NCBI GenBank assembly: GCA_050949565.1 | Contig: JBMNFY010000008.1 | Span: 160,001 to 224,000 of the forward strand | DNA from: Kiritimatiellia bacterium | GTDB taxonomy: Bacteria; Verrucomicrobiota; Kiritimatiellia; RFP12; UBA1067 | DNA length: 64,000 nt | Reading direction: 5' to 3' | Shown: piece after piece, positions 20,011-29,902 of the stretch | Position numbering within the stretch: the stretch's first letter is position 1 | Layout: each line of letters begins with the position of its first letter | The notes under the pieces: generated by a model | Told to the model about the DNA's origin: nothing | Database searches by the model: none | What the model saw: the letters and a program-made list of their open reading frames with translations, nothing else | Made by a program: the position numbers and the translations under genes

Positions 20011-22031
20011 TGCATGTGGGCCATCCACTTTTTCTATGGGGACTTTTAGCAGTCCCGCTTCCCATCCTGCTCCACCTCTTCTTCAGGCGGCGCAGGGCCA
20101 ACATCGAATTTTCGACGCTCCAGTTCTTCCAGCAGCAAAAACGCTACCTGGCCCACCGTCGGCGTGTGCGTGAGTGGCTGCTCCTGCTGGTTCGCACCCT
20201 GAGCATTCTCGTCCTGACGCTGGCCCTGGCCGGCATCACGCTGCAACGCTTCTCGCCCGCACTCGCCGCGCGCACCGCAGTGGCGATCGTGCTCGACGAC
20301 ACCCTCTCCATGGATCGCAAGCTAGGCGCCGGCATGACTGCCTTCGCCCTCGCCGCGCAGAAGGCTGATGAAATCCTGAACACTCTATCGGAAGGCGATG
20401 CGGCGGCGCTGACCTTGGTCTCCGGACGTACGGGCATCGCCCTGACACGCAAGCGACAGGCCGTGCGCCGCGTTCTCGAAGAACTCCGCGTGACCGGTGC
20501 CTCCGGTTCTTTCGCCGCCGCGCTGCAACGCGCACAACAAGACCTGACGGCTGGCGGCATCCAAAACCGTGAGATCTACGTGATCTCAGATTTTCAAAGC
20601 AACCAAGCGCCCTCCGCCCCGATTGAACTCGAACAGACCAAGGGGTTGCGTCTTTATCTGGTGCCGCTCAGTGGCCCCTCCGACAATCTTTCCATTCCGC
20701 GTCTGGCGCTCTCGACACGCCCGCAGATGGTCAACAAGCCGCTTGTCATTCCCTATGAAATCGCCAACCATGGCGAACACAGTCGCGATACGGAAGTCAG
20801 TCTGGTGATCGGCACGGAAACCATCCGCAGTGACGCGCTTCATATCCCCGCCAGCGATCGCGCCACCGGACGTTTTGAATATGTGCCGCCGCACGCTGGC
20901 GTGGTCAATGGCGCCGTGCGCATCGCCGACTCGTCGCTCGCGCTTGACAACACACACTGGTTCACGCTCAACGTGAGCGAGAATATCCGTGCCCTGCTGA
21001 TCGAGGCCGACCTCCTGAGCCGCGTCCGCCCCTTCCACTTCCTCTCTTTGGCGCTTGATCCCTCGGGCGGCCAGGCGGTGAATGGTATTCTCGCCGAGCA
21101 GGGTTTTCTCAATGAATTGCAACCCCGCGAATTGGAGCGGCACCATGTCGCGGTGTTTGCCAACCCACCGCCCTTCAACGCGCAGGCCGCCGTCCTGCTG
21201 ACGCGCTACCTCGAAGGCGGCGGCAGTGTACTGGTGTTCGCCGGCGGCGACGTAGGGCCTGACACCTTTGCCGCTTTTCAAAACGAGGCGCTGCGCAAAC
21301 TGTTCGGCGCGCGCGACCCAAGCTCGCGCACCGACATGACCTTCAAGGACGCACTGGCCGGACTCAACGATCTGCTCCAGATGGACCTTGTCACTTGGCA
21401 ACGCCTGAATACCCTCTCGCCTGCCCCCTCCGCTACCGTGCTGGCTGAGTGTCGCGGTATGCCCATGATTGTTGAGCAGCCGGTGGGTGCCGGCCGTCTG
21501 ATCGCCTGCGCTTTTTCCGTGCGCCGCGACACCAGCAACTGGCCGGAGTTGAAATCCTTCCCGATCGCCATGATCCATCTGATGACGCATGCCGCCCATG
21601 AGTCGCAACAACATGCGAACATCGCTTGCGGTCAGACCGTGCGCCTCACCGCGCTTGATGCTGACGATACCGTCCTCGCCTGTAGTTATCATGACGGTGC
21701 ACAGGTCGAGCGCCCTGTGCAAGATGGCGCGGCCAGCCTCAGTGAAACGTGGCAACCCGGCATCATCACCGCCGAACGGGCCACGCCGCGCTCGCTGGCG
21801 GTCAACACGGTCGCTTCTGAAAGCGAGTTGGCGTGCTGGTCGTCCGGCAAGCTCAGCGCGCTGGCATCGATCAAAGCACATGTCCTCAAGGCGGACGCCG
21901 CCATCGATACGCAAATCCGCGCTGCACGCCGAGGCAGCGACCTCTCCGGCATCCTGCTGGTGCTGCTCCTTTTCCTGCTCACAGCCGAAGCCCTGCTCGG
22001 CAACGCCTATCTTTCAAACCGTCGATCATGA
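20010..22031 (+). CDS. BatA-domain / VWA membrane protein
   Basis: N-terminal PILLHL...FSTLQF, LDDTLSM (MIDAS-like), ISDFQ, C-terminal TM helix; TGATG overlap. Confidence 0.85.
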   Translation: MHVGHPLFLWGLLAVPLPILLHLFFRRRRANIEFSTLQFFQQQKRYLAHRRRVREWLLLLVRTLSILVLTLALAGITLQRFSPALAARTAVAIVLDDTLSMDRKLGAGMTAFALAAQKADEILNTLSEGDAAALTLVSGRTGIALTRKRQAVRRVLEELRVTGASGSFAAALQRAQQDLTAGGIQNREIYVISDFQSNQAPSAPIELEQTKGLRLYLVPLSGPSDNLSIPRLALSTRPQMVNKPLVIPYEIANHGEHSRDTEVSLVIGTETIRSDALHIPASDRATGRFEYVPPHAGVVNGAVRIADSSLALDNTHWFTLNVSENIRALLIEADLLSRVRPFHFLSLALDPSGGQAVNGILAEQGFLNELQPRELERHHVAVFANPPPFNAQAAVLLTRYLEGGGSVLVFAGGDVGPDTFAAFQNEALRKLFGARDPSSRTDMTFKDALAGLNDLLQMDLVTWQRLNTLSPAPSATVLAECRGMPMIVEQPVGAGRLIACAFSVRRDTSNWPELKSFPIAMIHLMTHAAHESQQHANIACGQTVRLTALDADDTVLACSYHDGAQVERPVQDGAASLSETWQPGIITAERATPRSLAVNTVASESELACWSSGKLSALASIKAHVLKADAAIDTQIRAARRGSDLSGILLVLLLFLLTAEALLGNAYLSNRRS

Positions 22032-24187
22032 CCTTTTATCCACTCATCCCGCTCTGGACGTTCGCGCTCCTGCTACCGCTGGTAGCGGTTGCCACCTTCT
22101 ATGCGTTCAAGTACCGCAACCCCGCCGTAACGGCGTCGCGCCACCGCCTGTTGGTGGCGTTGCGCGTGGCCAGCCTTATACTGGTGGTGTTCATGCTGCT
22201 CTGTCCGGGCCAGATGATCGAAGAGCGCAATCTAGAAAAGTCGCAGATCGTTTTTCTGGTCGACCGTTCCGCTTCGATGGGCACACGTGACCTGCCGCAT
22301 GGCGAAACGCGCCTGTCACGCGCCGCCGCCTTCCTACGCGACACGCCGCTGCGCCGCCTCTCCGACTACCCCCGCGCGTTATATGCGTTTCATCACGACA
22401 CCGAACAGATCGAGTCACCCGATGCTTTGTCAGACCTGACTCCTGAAGGCGGCACCGACCTGCGCCAAGCGATTGACCGCGTTGATAAAGACATCGGACT
22501 CGCGCGCGTGGCGGCGCTGGTTTTGGTGAGCGACGGCATCGACCACTCCGGCTTCAAGGGCAGCGACCTGACAGTCCCGGTCATGAGCGTGCAGGTCGGC
22601 ACCGATTTGGCCGACGTGCAGGATCTCGGCATTGAATCGTTCGCTTGTCCAGACACACTCTACGAAGGGGAAACGCTCACGCTGGCGGTTCCCGTAATGC
22701 TGAGCGGATACCCCCTCGAACAACGTGCGGCGTTCCGTGTCTTTGCCGACGATGTCCCGATCCACAACGCCACACTCACGCTGGCCAGCGGTCGGCTGCA
22801 CACCGAACCGGTCTCCGTCACGTTTTCCAAAACCGGCATCCACACGCTGCGGATTGAATGCGACAGTCTGCCGGGCGAGGCGACGCTCCTCAACAACCGA
22901 CGTGAATTTGCCATCGAAGTCGTGACCGCCAAAAGCGAGATCGTCGCCTATTTCCCGCTGCTGAACAACAGCTTCCGCCCGTTGCTGCGAGAGTTCACCA
23001 AAGATGAATCCGACGCCTTCACAGCCGTCTACCGGGTCTCGGAGGGCGTGTTCCGTCTCCAAGGCCGCAAGCCCAACCCCGCTTTTCAAAACGGCCTGCC
23101 GGCCAGTGCCGACGCGCTCAAAACGGTCACCTGCCTGATCCTCGGCGCACACAACGGCGACCTCCTGACACCCGCCGAAGCGCTCGTCTTGGAGCACTAT
23201 GTGAATCAGGGCGGCTCGTTGGTCTGCCTCGCCGGCAGTGATGCCTTCGGCCGTCTGCCGACCGGCTCCCCGCTGCTTCGCCTCTTGCCGGTTGTGACGC
23301 TTGAGCAGTCGTTCCAAGAAGGCACGTTCCGTGTTGTGCCCGACCCCGCCGCGCATGGCGCGCTGGCCGATCAAGTCCGCGCGATCATCAGCGACAACGG
23401 CGATGCGGCGAACTTCACGCTCAACGGCCTTAATTTGGTCAAGGACGTTAAGGCCGGTGCTCGGGTTGAACTGTGGGCGGAAAGCGACGCGCGCCAGCCG
23501 TTGCTCGTATGGCACACCTACGGACGCGGCAAGGTGATCGCGCTCTTGAGCAACGCCTTTCACCTTTGGGGCGAGCCCGACCGACGCGAAGACAACTACG
23601 GGCGTTTCTGGCGTCAGCTTGCAGCCTTCGCCAGCCGCACGGCGGACGATGCCGATCTTTTGAAGGTGACGCTCAGCAAACGCGAACTCGCGGCAGGCGA
23701 GAGCGTGACCGTCACAGCCGAGGCCCGCCACCCCGACGGCAATGAAGCCGCATTGAGCGTCAAGGCTGATCTCTTCGCTATGGGCCGCGACACGCCGGAA
23801 GCGAGCCGGACGCTTGATCGTCGCACGGGACACTTCGCGGCGGAACTGCCCGGATTGCAGCCCGGCCGCTATGTGTTGCGTGTCACGTCAGCCGATGGTC
23901 AAACGGTGATCCGCACCCGTTACGCCTTCTTGTTGGTCGGCGATGTGTTGTCGGAACAGATGCACCTGCGCTCAGAGCGCGAACGCCTACTCAGCTTCAG
24001 CAGCGAACGCCACCTGTTCACGCCTGCGGACGGTGCCGCACTTGAAGAGCGGTTGATCGATGCCGTCCGCAAGAATGTGGTCCAGCGCGAACGTTTCCTG
24101 ATCTACGAGACACCGCTCTTTTTTGTGGCGCTGCTCCTCCTGCTGTTGAGCGAATGGCTGCTGCGCCGCCGCTTCAACCTCTTCTAA
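22028..24187 (+). CDS. VWA plus glutamine-amidotransferase-like membrane protein
   Basis: Start at ATG 22028 (ATGA overlap); VDRSASM, VSDG, YGRGKV...FWRQL, C-terminal SEWLLRRR. Confidence 0.85.
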   Translation: MTFYPLIPLWTFALLLPLVAVATFYAFKYRNPAVTASRHRLLVALRVASLILVVFMLLCPGQMIEERNLEKSQIVFLVDRSASMGTRDLPHGETRLSRAAAFLRDTPLRRLSDYPRALYAFHHDTEQIESPDALSDLTPEGGTDLRQAIDRVDKDIGLARVAALVLVSDGIDHSGFKGSDLTVPVMSVQVGTDLADVQDLGIESFACPDTLYEGETLTLAVPVMLSGYPLEQRAAFRVFADDVPIHNATLTLASGRLHTEPVSVTFSKTGIHTLRIECDSLPGEATLLNNRREFAIEVVTAKSEIVAYFPLLNNSFRPLLREFTKDESDAFTAVYRVSEGVFRLQGRKPNPAFQNGLPASADALKTVTCLILGAHNGDLLTPAEALVLEHYVNQGGSLVCLAGSDAFGRLPTGSPLLRLLPVVTLEQSFQEGTFRVVPDPAAHGALADQVRAIISDNGDAANFTLNGLNLVKDVKAGARVELWAESDARQPLLVWHTYGRGKVIALLSNAFHLWGEPDRREDNYGRFWRQLAAFASRTADDADLLKVTLSKRELAAGESVTVTAEARHPDGNEAALSVKADLFAMGRDTPEASRTLDRRTGHFAAELPGLQPGRYVLRVTSADGQTVIRTRYAFLLVGDVLSEQMHLRSERERLLSFSSERHLFTPADGAALEERLIDAVRKNVVQRERFLIYETPLFFVALLLLLLSEWLLRRRFNLF

Positions 24188-24194
24188 CCTCGAA

Positions 24195-25652
24195 CTAAAC
24201 CTTCTCCGGCACTTCAAAGCCTTTGCGGTATGTGCGTCCGAGATAGCGGTTGGCCTCGTCGGCGAAGTCGCCGGTGAAGCGTTCCGCCGCCGGGTCGAAG
24301 CGCAGATACGGCCCGAGCGCGGGCGGGGTCTTGCGGAGATCGATCCCGTTGGCTTCGAGATGGACGTGCATCCGCTCCCATGCCTTGAGAAAGTCGCCGT
24401 TGAAGGCGAGACGCTCGCGGATCTGTTCCGGCGCGGCCCCTTTTCCGAGGCGGTGCGCGATGTTGCCCAGATGCACCAGGCTCGTCGATATGTGGGCTTC
24501 GGAAATATCGTAATACGGCATGCCCGGTTTGCCGCGAACGGCATCGAAGAAAGCTGAGCGCACCGACCGCAATGCCGGCTTGAACTCCTTGACCAACTTG
24601 CCGTCTTTATCGTAGGCCTTGTTGCCGACCGTGTAGCCGTTTTCGCACTGAACGGAGGTCGTGTATGACTGGCCGTGGAGCGCGTCCATGTCCTGCTGTC
24701 CCCACGCGCCGTTTTTCTGGAGGCGGCTCTCGCGCGGCAACGCCCGCATCTCGTAGATGATCGGCAACGGCTCGTAATCGAAGAACGTGATCTGCGTGTT
24801 GGGCGTTGCGCCGTCATCGTCATAGCCGAAGCGACCGCCGACGCTCAGCACGCCTTTCGGCATGCCCTGCCCCGCGACCTCGCGCGCGCCATCCAAAAGG
24901 TGGATGCCCCAGTTACCGAGTTCACCATTGCCGGTGTCCCAATCCCAGTGCCAGTCGTAGTGCAGATTCTGGCGCATGAGCGGCTTCATCGGCGCCGGAC
25001 CGCACCAGAGGTTGTAGTCGAGCGTCGAGGGGATCGGCGTCGGGGCAGACACTTTGCCGATACTCGTCCGCGCACCGTAACGCACCGCATGGATGTAGAG
25101 CGGCTTGCCGAGGTTGCCGTCGATGGCAAAACGCGCGGCTTCGCGGAAACCGGCCATTGAGCGGGTCATCGTGGACGAGTAGACCACGCGGTTGTAGGCG
25201 CGGGCGGCCTCGACCATTTTGCGTCCCTCGAACAGATTGTGGCTGACCGGCTTCTGGACAAAGACATGCTTGCCGGCCTGAGCGGCGTGGATACACACCA
25301 GCGCGTGCCAGTGGTTCGGCGTGGTGACCCAGACCGCATCGATATCCTTGCGTTCCAGCAGTTTCCGGTAGTCGGCAAAGGTCTCGGGCTTCTCGTTGTG
25401 TTTGGCGCACTCGTCGAGCGCATAACCGAGATTGACGGAATCGACATCGCAGATCGCCGCGATCCGGACCCCCGGCACGGTGCGGCAGGCGCGCATGTCG
25501 TTACGCCCCATGCCGCCGATCTTGACTTTCGATCCCATGCCGACGATCGCCAGCCGGATAGCATCATTCGCACCCTGCGCACGAAGGCGCGTAGCGGCGG
25601 ACAGAAACGTTGCCGCACCAACACCCACTCTCAAAAAGTTCCGACGATTCAT
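24195..25652 (-). CDS. Tat-exported Gfo/Idh/MocA oxidoreductase
   Basis: MNRRNFL Tat signal; TPNHWH, HVFVQKP and GNGELGNWGIHLLD motifs. Confidence 0.92.
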   Translation of the reverse strand: MNRRNFLRVGVGAATFLSAATRLRAQGANDAIRLAIVGMGSKVKIGGMGRNDMRACRTVPGVRIAAICDVDSVNLGYALDECAKHNEKPETFADYRKLLERKDIDAVWVTTPNHWHALVCIHAAQAGKHVFVQKPVSHNLFEGRKMVEAARAYNRVVYSSTMTRSMAGFREAARFAIDGNLGKPLYIHAVRYGARTSIGKVSAPTPIPSTLDYNLWCGPAPMKPLMRQNLHYDWHWDWDTGNGELGNWGIHLLDGAREVAGQGMPKGVLSVGGRFGYDDDGATPNTQITFFDYEPLPIIYEMRALPRESRLQKNGAWGQQDMDALHGQSYTTSVQCENGYTVGNKAYDKDGKLVKEFKPALRSVRSAFFDAVRGKPGMPYYDISEAHISTSLVHLGNIAHRLGKGAAPEQIRERLAFNGDFLKAWERMHVHLEANGIDLRKTPPALGPYLRFDPAAERFTGDFADEANRYLGRTYRKGFEVPEKV

Positions 25653-25877
25653 ATCCCCTCCCATGATCCGGGTCTGCAACTTGCCACCCGATATTCGGGA
25701 TCGTAGTCAATCCGTGCCGTGAAGTCAACAACCACCCGACTGCGACCGCGAAACGTAAAATGACCATTTCGATTTTACAAGGATACCGAAATGGAATATC
25801 CTGTTCGTAGTTTCGATTGTGATTGGCCTCTATCCACCCACAGATCTCCGAGGTATCCTGTTATGCAAGCGAAATGT

Positions 25878-28800
25878 ATGCTTCACAAACGGATCATACG
25901 CAACCTCATCGGCTGGAGCCTCTGCAGCTTTGCTTGGATCTCCTCGGTCGGAGCACAAAAAGCCGCCGACCAAGTAGAAGTCGTCCCCTTATTGTCTGCG
26001 GCGGAACAGGCAGCAGCCGATGAGTTCCTCGCAAACATGAGAAAAACGCCATCGGGCAGTACCTGTGGGAAAACCGGCGGGACATGCGCAACGAACTTGT
26101 CCGCCGCCATGTGACCTATTTTCATGCCCGAGGGGCTGACATTGAGGCGAACCCGAACAACGTCGGCAACACCCCGCTCCATTGGGCGACGATCAGCAAC
26201 GGAGGCGTCGAAATCGTCAAGCTCCTCGTTTCCTTGGGAGCGAAAGTCAATGCAAGAAACAACAATCGATTTACGCCGCTCCATTTTGCGGCGGGGAAGG
26301 ATAGTGACGGTGAGACCGTCAGATTCCTCGTCTCCCAAGGAGCCGATGTCGACGCGAAGAGTAGATATGGCGACACCCCGCTCATTTATCTGATGCGATG
26401 GCGGGACAAGGGCTCAAAAAAAAGCGCTGAAATCGCCGGGTTCCTCATGGACAACGGAGCGGATGTCAACACGAAGGACACCTACGGATTGACGCCGCTC
26501 CATGAGGCGCTGGAGAAAGGGAAAGACCTCGAAACCGTCAAACTCCTCATTTCAAAGGGGGCGAACATCCACGCGAAGGACCGATACCGCCAGACTCCGC
26601 TCTGTAAGACGGCGGAAGAGGGCGGAAATATCGAGATCATCAAGTACCTTGTGTCCCAAGGCGCGGATGTCAATGCGCGCGAAGATGGCGATCCTACTCC
26701 GCTCTGCTATGCGGCATGGAAGAATACGAATCTCGAATTCATCAAATGCCTCGTGTCCCTTGGCGGGGACATTCATGCGAAGGACGACCGCGGCACAACC
26801 CCGCTGCATTTTGCAGCGCAACGCAATCCCAACCTTGATGTCGTCAAGTATTTCGTCTCCCTCGGATTGGACATTCACGCGAAGACCGATATCAGCGGCG
26901 GCGGCACTCCGCTCCATTACGCCGTGGGCAACGACAAAGCTGTCGAACTCATCGACTACCTCGTTTCTTTGGGTGCGGACATCCGTGCGGTCAACAAGGA
27001 CGGCGACTCCCTGCTCCATCAAGCGGCAGGATACAGCAGAAAGGTCGAGGTCTTGAAGCATCTTGTTGCACTCGGACTGGATATCCACGCAAAGAACAAC
27101 GACGGAAGACGCCCGATCCATTATGCGGCGAAAAACCCGAACCTTGACATGATCACCTATCTCGTCTCCATCGGGGCGGATATCCATGCGAAGACCGAAA
27201 AAGGCGACCGTTACGTCCTTGTAGCGGGGCAGACTCCGCTTCATTTCGCCGCACAGAATAAGAACCTCGAAGTCACAAAGTACCTTGTCTCCCTTGGGGC
27301 AGATGTCCAGGCGAAGGACGGCAAAGGCCAGACCCCGTTCGATCTTGCGGTGGCGCGCAACGACAACGCCAAAGTGGTCGAGTACCTCGCGTCCTTCGGG
27401 GAAGACGTCCACACGAAAGACAAAGACGGCCACACCCTGCTCCACCGGGCCGCCGGAAACGGCAACCTCGCGATTGTCGAACGTCTCGTCGCAAAAGGGG
27501 CCGCCGTAAACGAGAAAGCGAACAACGGCGAGACCCCGCTCCATGTCGCGGCGCGGCGGGGAAACGGCGAGATCGTCGAGTTTCTTTTGTGCGAAGGGGC
27601 GGACGTTGATGCGAAAGACAACGGCGGCGCAACGCCGCTCCATTCGGCGGCATGGGGGAGGTGTTGTAGCGATGACATCGACACCATCCGTTGCCTTGTT
27701 GCCTACGAGGCGGATGTCAATGCGAAGGACAAGGTTGGCGAGACCCCGCTCTGGAAAGTGGCGATGTGGGAGAACCTTAAAGCCGTCAAACACCTCGTCT
27801 CGCACGGAGCGGAAGTCAATGTGACCAACGCCTGGAGGACACTGCTCCATGAGACGGTGAGGTCGGAGAGGCGCTTGGATGTCTTCAAGTATTTCGTCGA
27901 GCGCGGCGGGGCGGATCTCAACATCAGAGACGCAGAAGGAAACTCCTTGCTCCATGCGGCGGCATGGGAAAACGAGAAAACGGACATTGTTGAATACCTT
28001 TTGATCAAAGGGCTGGAACTCAACGCGAAAAACAAACGCGGGGTTGCCCCGCTCCATCTGGCGGCGATGAACAAAAAGGGCTGTGCAATCGTCCGCTTCC
28101 TGGTTGCAAAAGGAGCCGATGTCAACGCACGAAGCGAAGGCGACATGGGGTTGCTCCATTTGGCTGCGTATTACAACGCGGGCATCGACACCTTCACATA
28201 CATCATGTCCCTCGGGCTGAATGTGAACGCGAAAGACGGAAACGACTGCACGCCGCTTTACTATGCGGCGGGGTGGGACAAAAACCCCGAAGTCACCCGA
28301 CTCCTTGTCGCCAAGGGGGCGGATGTCTATGCGAGGAACCGGAGCGGCGAGTCACCGATCGACGTTGCAAAACGCATGGGAAACACGGATGTCGTCGCGT
28401 ATCTTGCGGATCGGTTTGCCATCGATCAAACGAAAGCCGATGCGCTGATCGAAAAACACGGGAAAGCCGCTCTTGCGCATTACCTGCAAGGGAGCACCGT
28501 CGACGCGCGCGAAAAGGCGCTGACCCTCGATTACGTCCGGTATTTCGTTTCCAAAGGCTCAGATGTCAATGCGAAGACCGATGACGGACAGACCCCGCTC
28601 CATCATGCGAGGGACGCCTTTGTTGTCCGTTTCCTCATTCTCAAGGGAGCCGATGTCCACGCGCAAGACAACAACGGCAACACCCCGCTACACCGGGCGG
28701 CGGAACGCGGAAACGCCGATATCGTCAAACGCCTCGTTGGAAAGGGCGCCGATCTCAAGGCGAAAAACAAACAGGGCGAGACACCGCCTGACATCGCCAA

Positions 28801-29767
28801 GAAAACAGGGAACGCGGAGATGGTCGCGTATTTCGCAAACTTGTTTACCGTAGACCGGGCTAAGGCCGACAAATTGATCGCAGAACACGGTAAGGCCGCA
28901 CTCCTGCATCTGGGCGGAATACTGGACGAAAACGCATCGGGTGCCCTCGTCCTCGACACGGTTAAGTATCTCGTTGAAAAAGGAGCCGACGTCAATGCGA
29001 AGAACAACGACGGAGGAGGAACGCCGCTGTTCTATGCGGCATTCAACAAGAACGTCGATGTTATCCAATACCTCGTTTCCCAAGGGGCCGATATCCATGC
29101 GAAGGCCGACGACGGACGGACCCCGCTCCATGCGGCGGCGTATAACAAGGATGTCGAAGTCGCCCGGTTCCTTGTCTCACACGGAGCGGATATCCATGCG
29201 AAGTGCAAATGGGGCGTCACCCCGCTCATTTCCGCCGCCGGGAATTGGGACAATTTGGACGTTGTGAAGTTCCTTATTGAGCAAGGTGCTGACATCCACG
29301 CGGAAAGCACGTTAGGCAGAACGCCGCTCCATGAGGCGTGTACGGTTGAAACCGCCGCTTTCCTGGTTTCCAAAGGAGCCGACGTTACCGCGAAAGCCAA
29401 GCACGGAACGACGCCGCTCCATACGGCGCGAACCCTCTCAGTCGCGCAATACTTTGTCTCCTTGGGTGCAGACGTGCGGGCCAAGAACGATAGCGGCTAT
29501 ACCCCGCTCCACCTGGGAGGCGCCCATGACCTTGAACTTGCCAAATACTACGTTTCCTTGGGGGCGGATGTGAACGCGAAAGACAACAGAGGCCAAACCC
29601 CGCTCCACAACGCGGCGTTCGTGAACCATGACGCCGAAATCGTCAAATATCTTGTGTCGGCCGGGGCTGATGCCCATGCGAAAGACGAAGAGGGAAACAC
29701 GCCGCTTGACATCGCGAAGTTACGCGGAAGTCCGGCTGCTGTAAAGATTCTCTCAAATCTCAAATAA
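25878..29767 (+). pseudogene. Secreted large ankyrin-repeat protein with a 1-nt frameshift at ~26033 (or a sequencing error)
   Basis: Signal peptide ORF from ATG 25878 joins the 1227-aa ankyrin ORF if one A is added in GCAAACAT; roughly 30 G.TPLH.A...GADVNAK repeats. Confidence 0.8.
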
Positions 29768-29902
29768 TGGGCTTATTAGTGCCTTACGGCTCAACAAGCA
29801 CGATAAAAAACAAGTTGTTCCCTCACACGAAGGCACAAAGGGCACTAAAGTTTTTGGGGGTAGCGCACTCCCAGACAAACTCATGCACTAACGGACTCTC
29901 CT

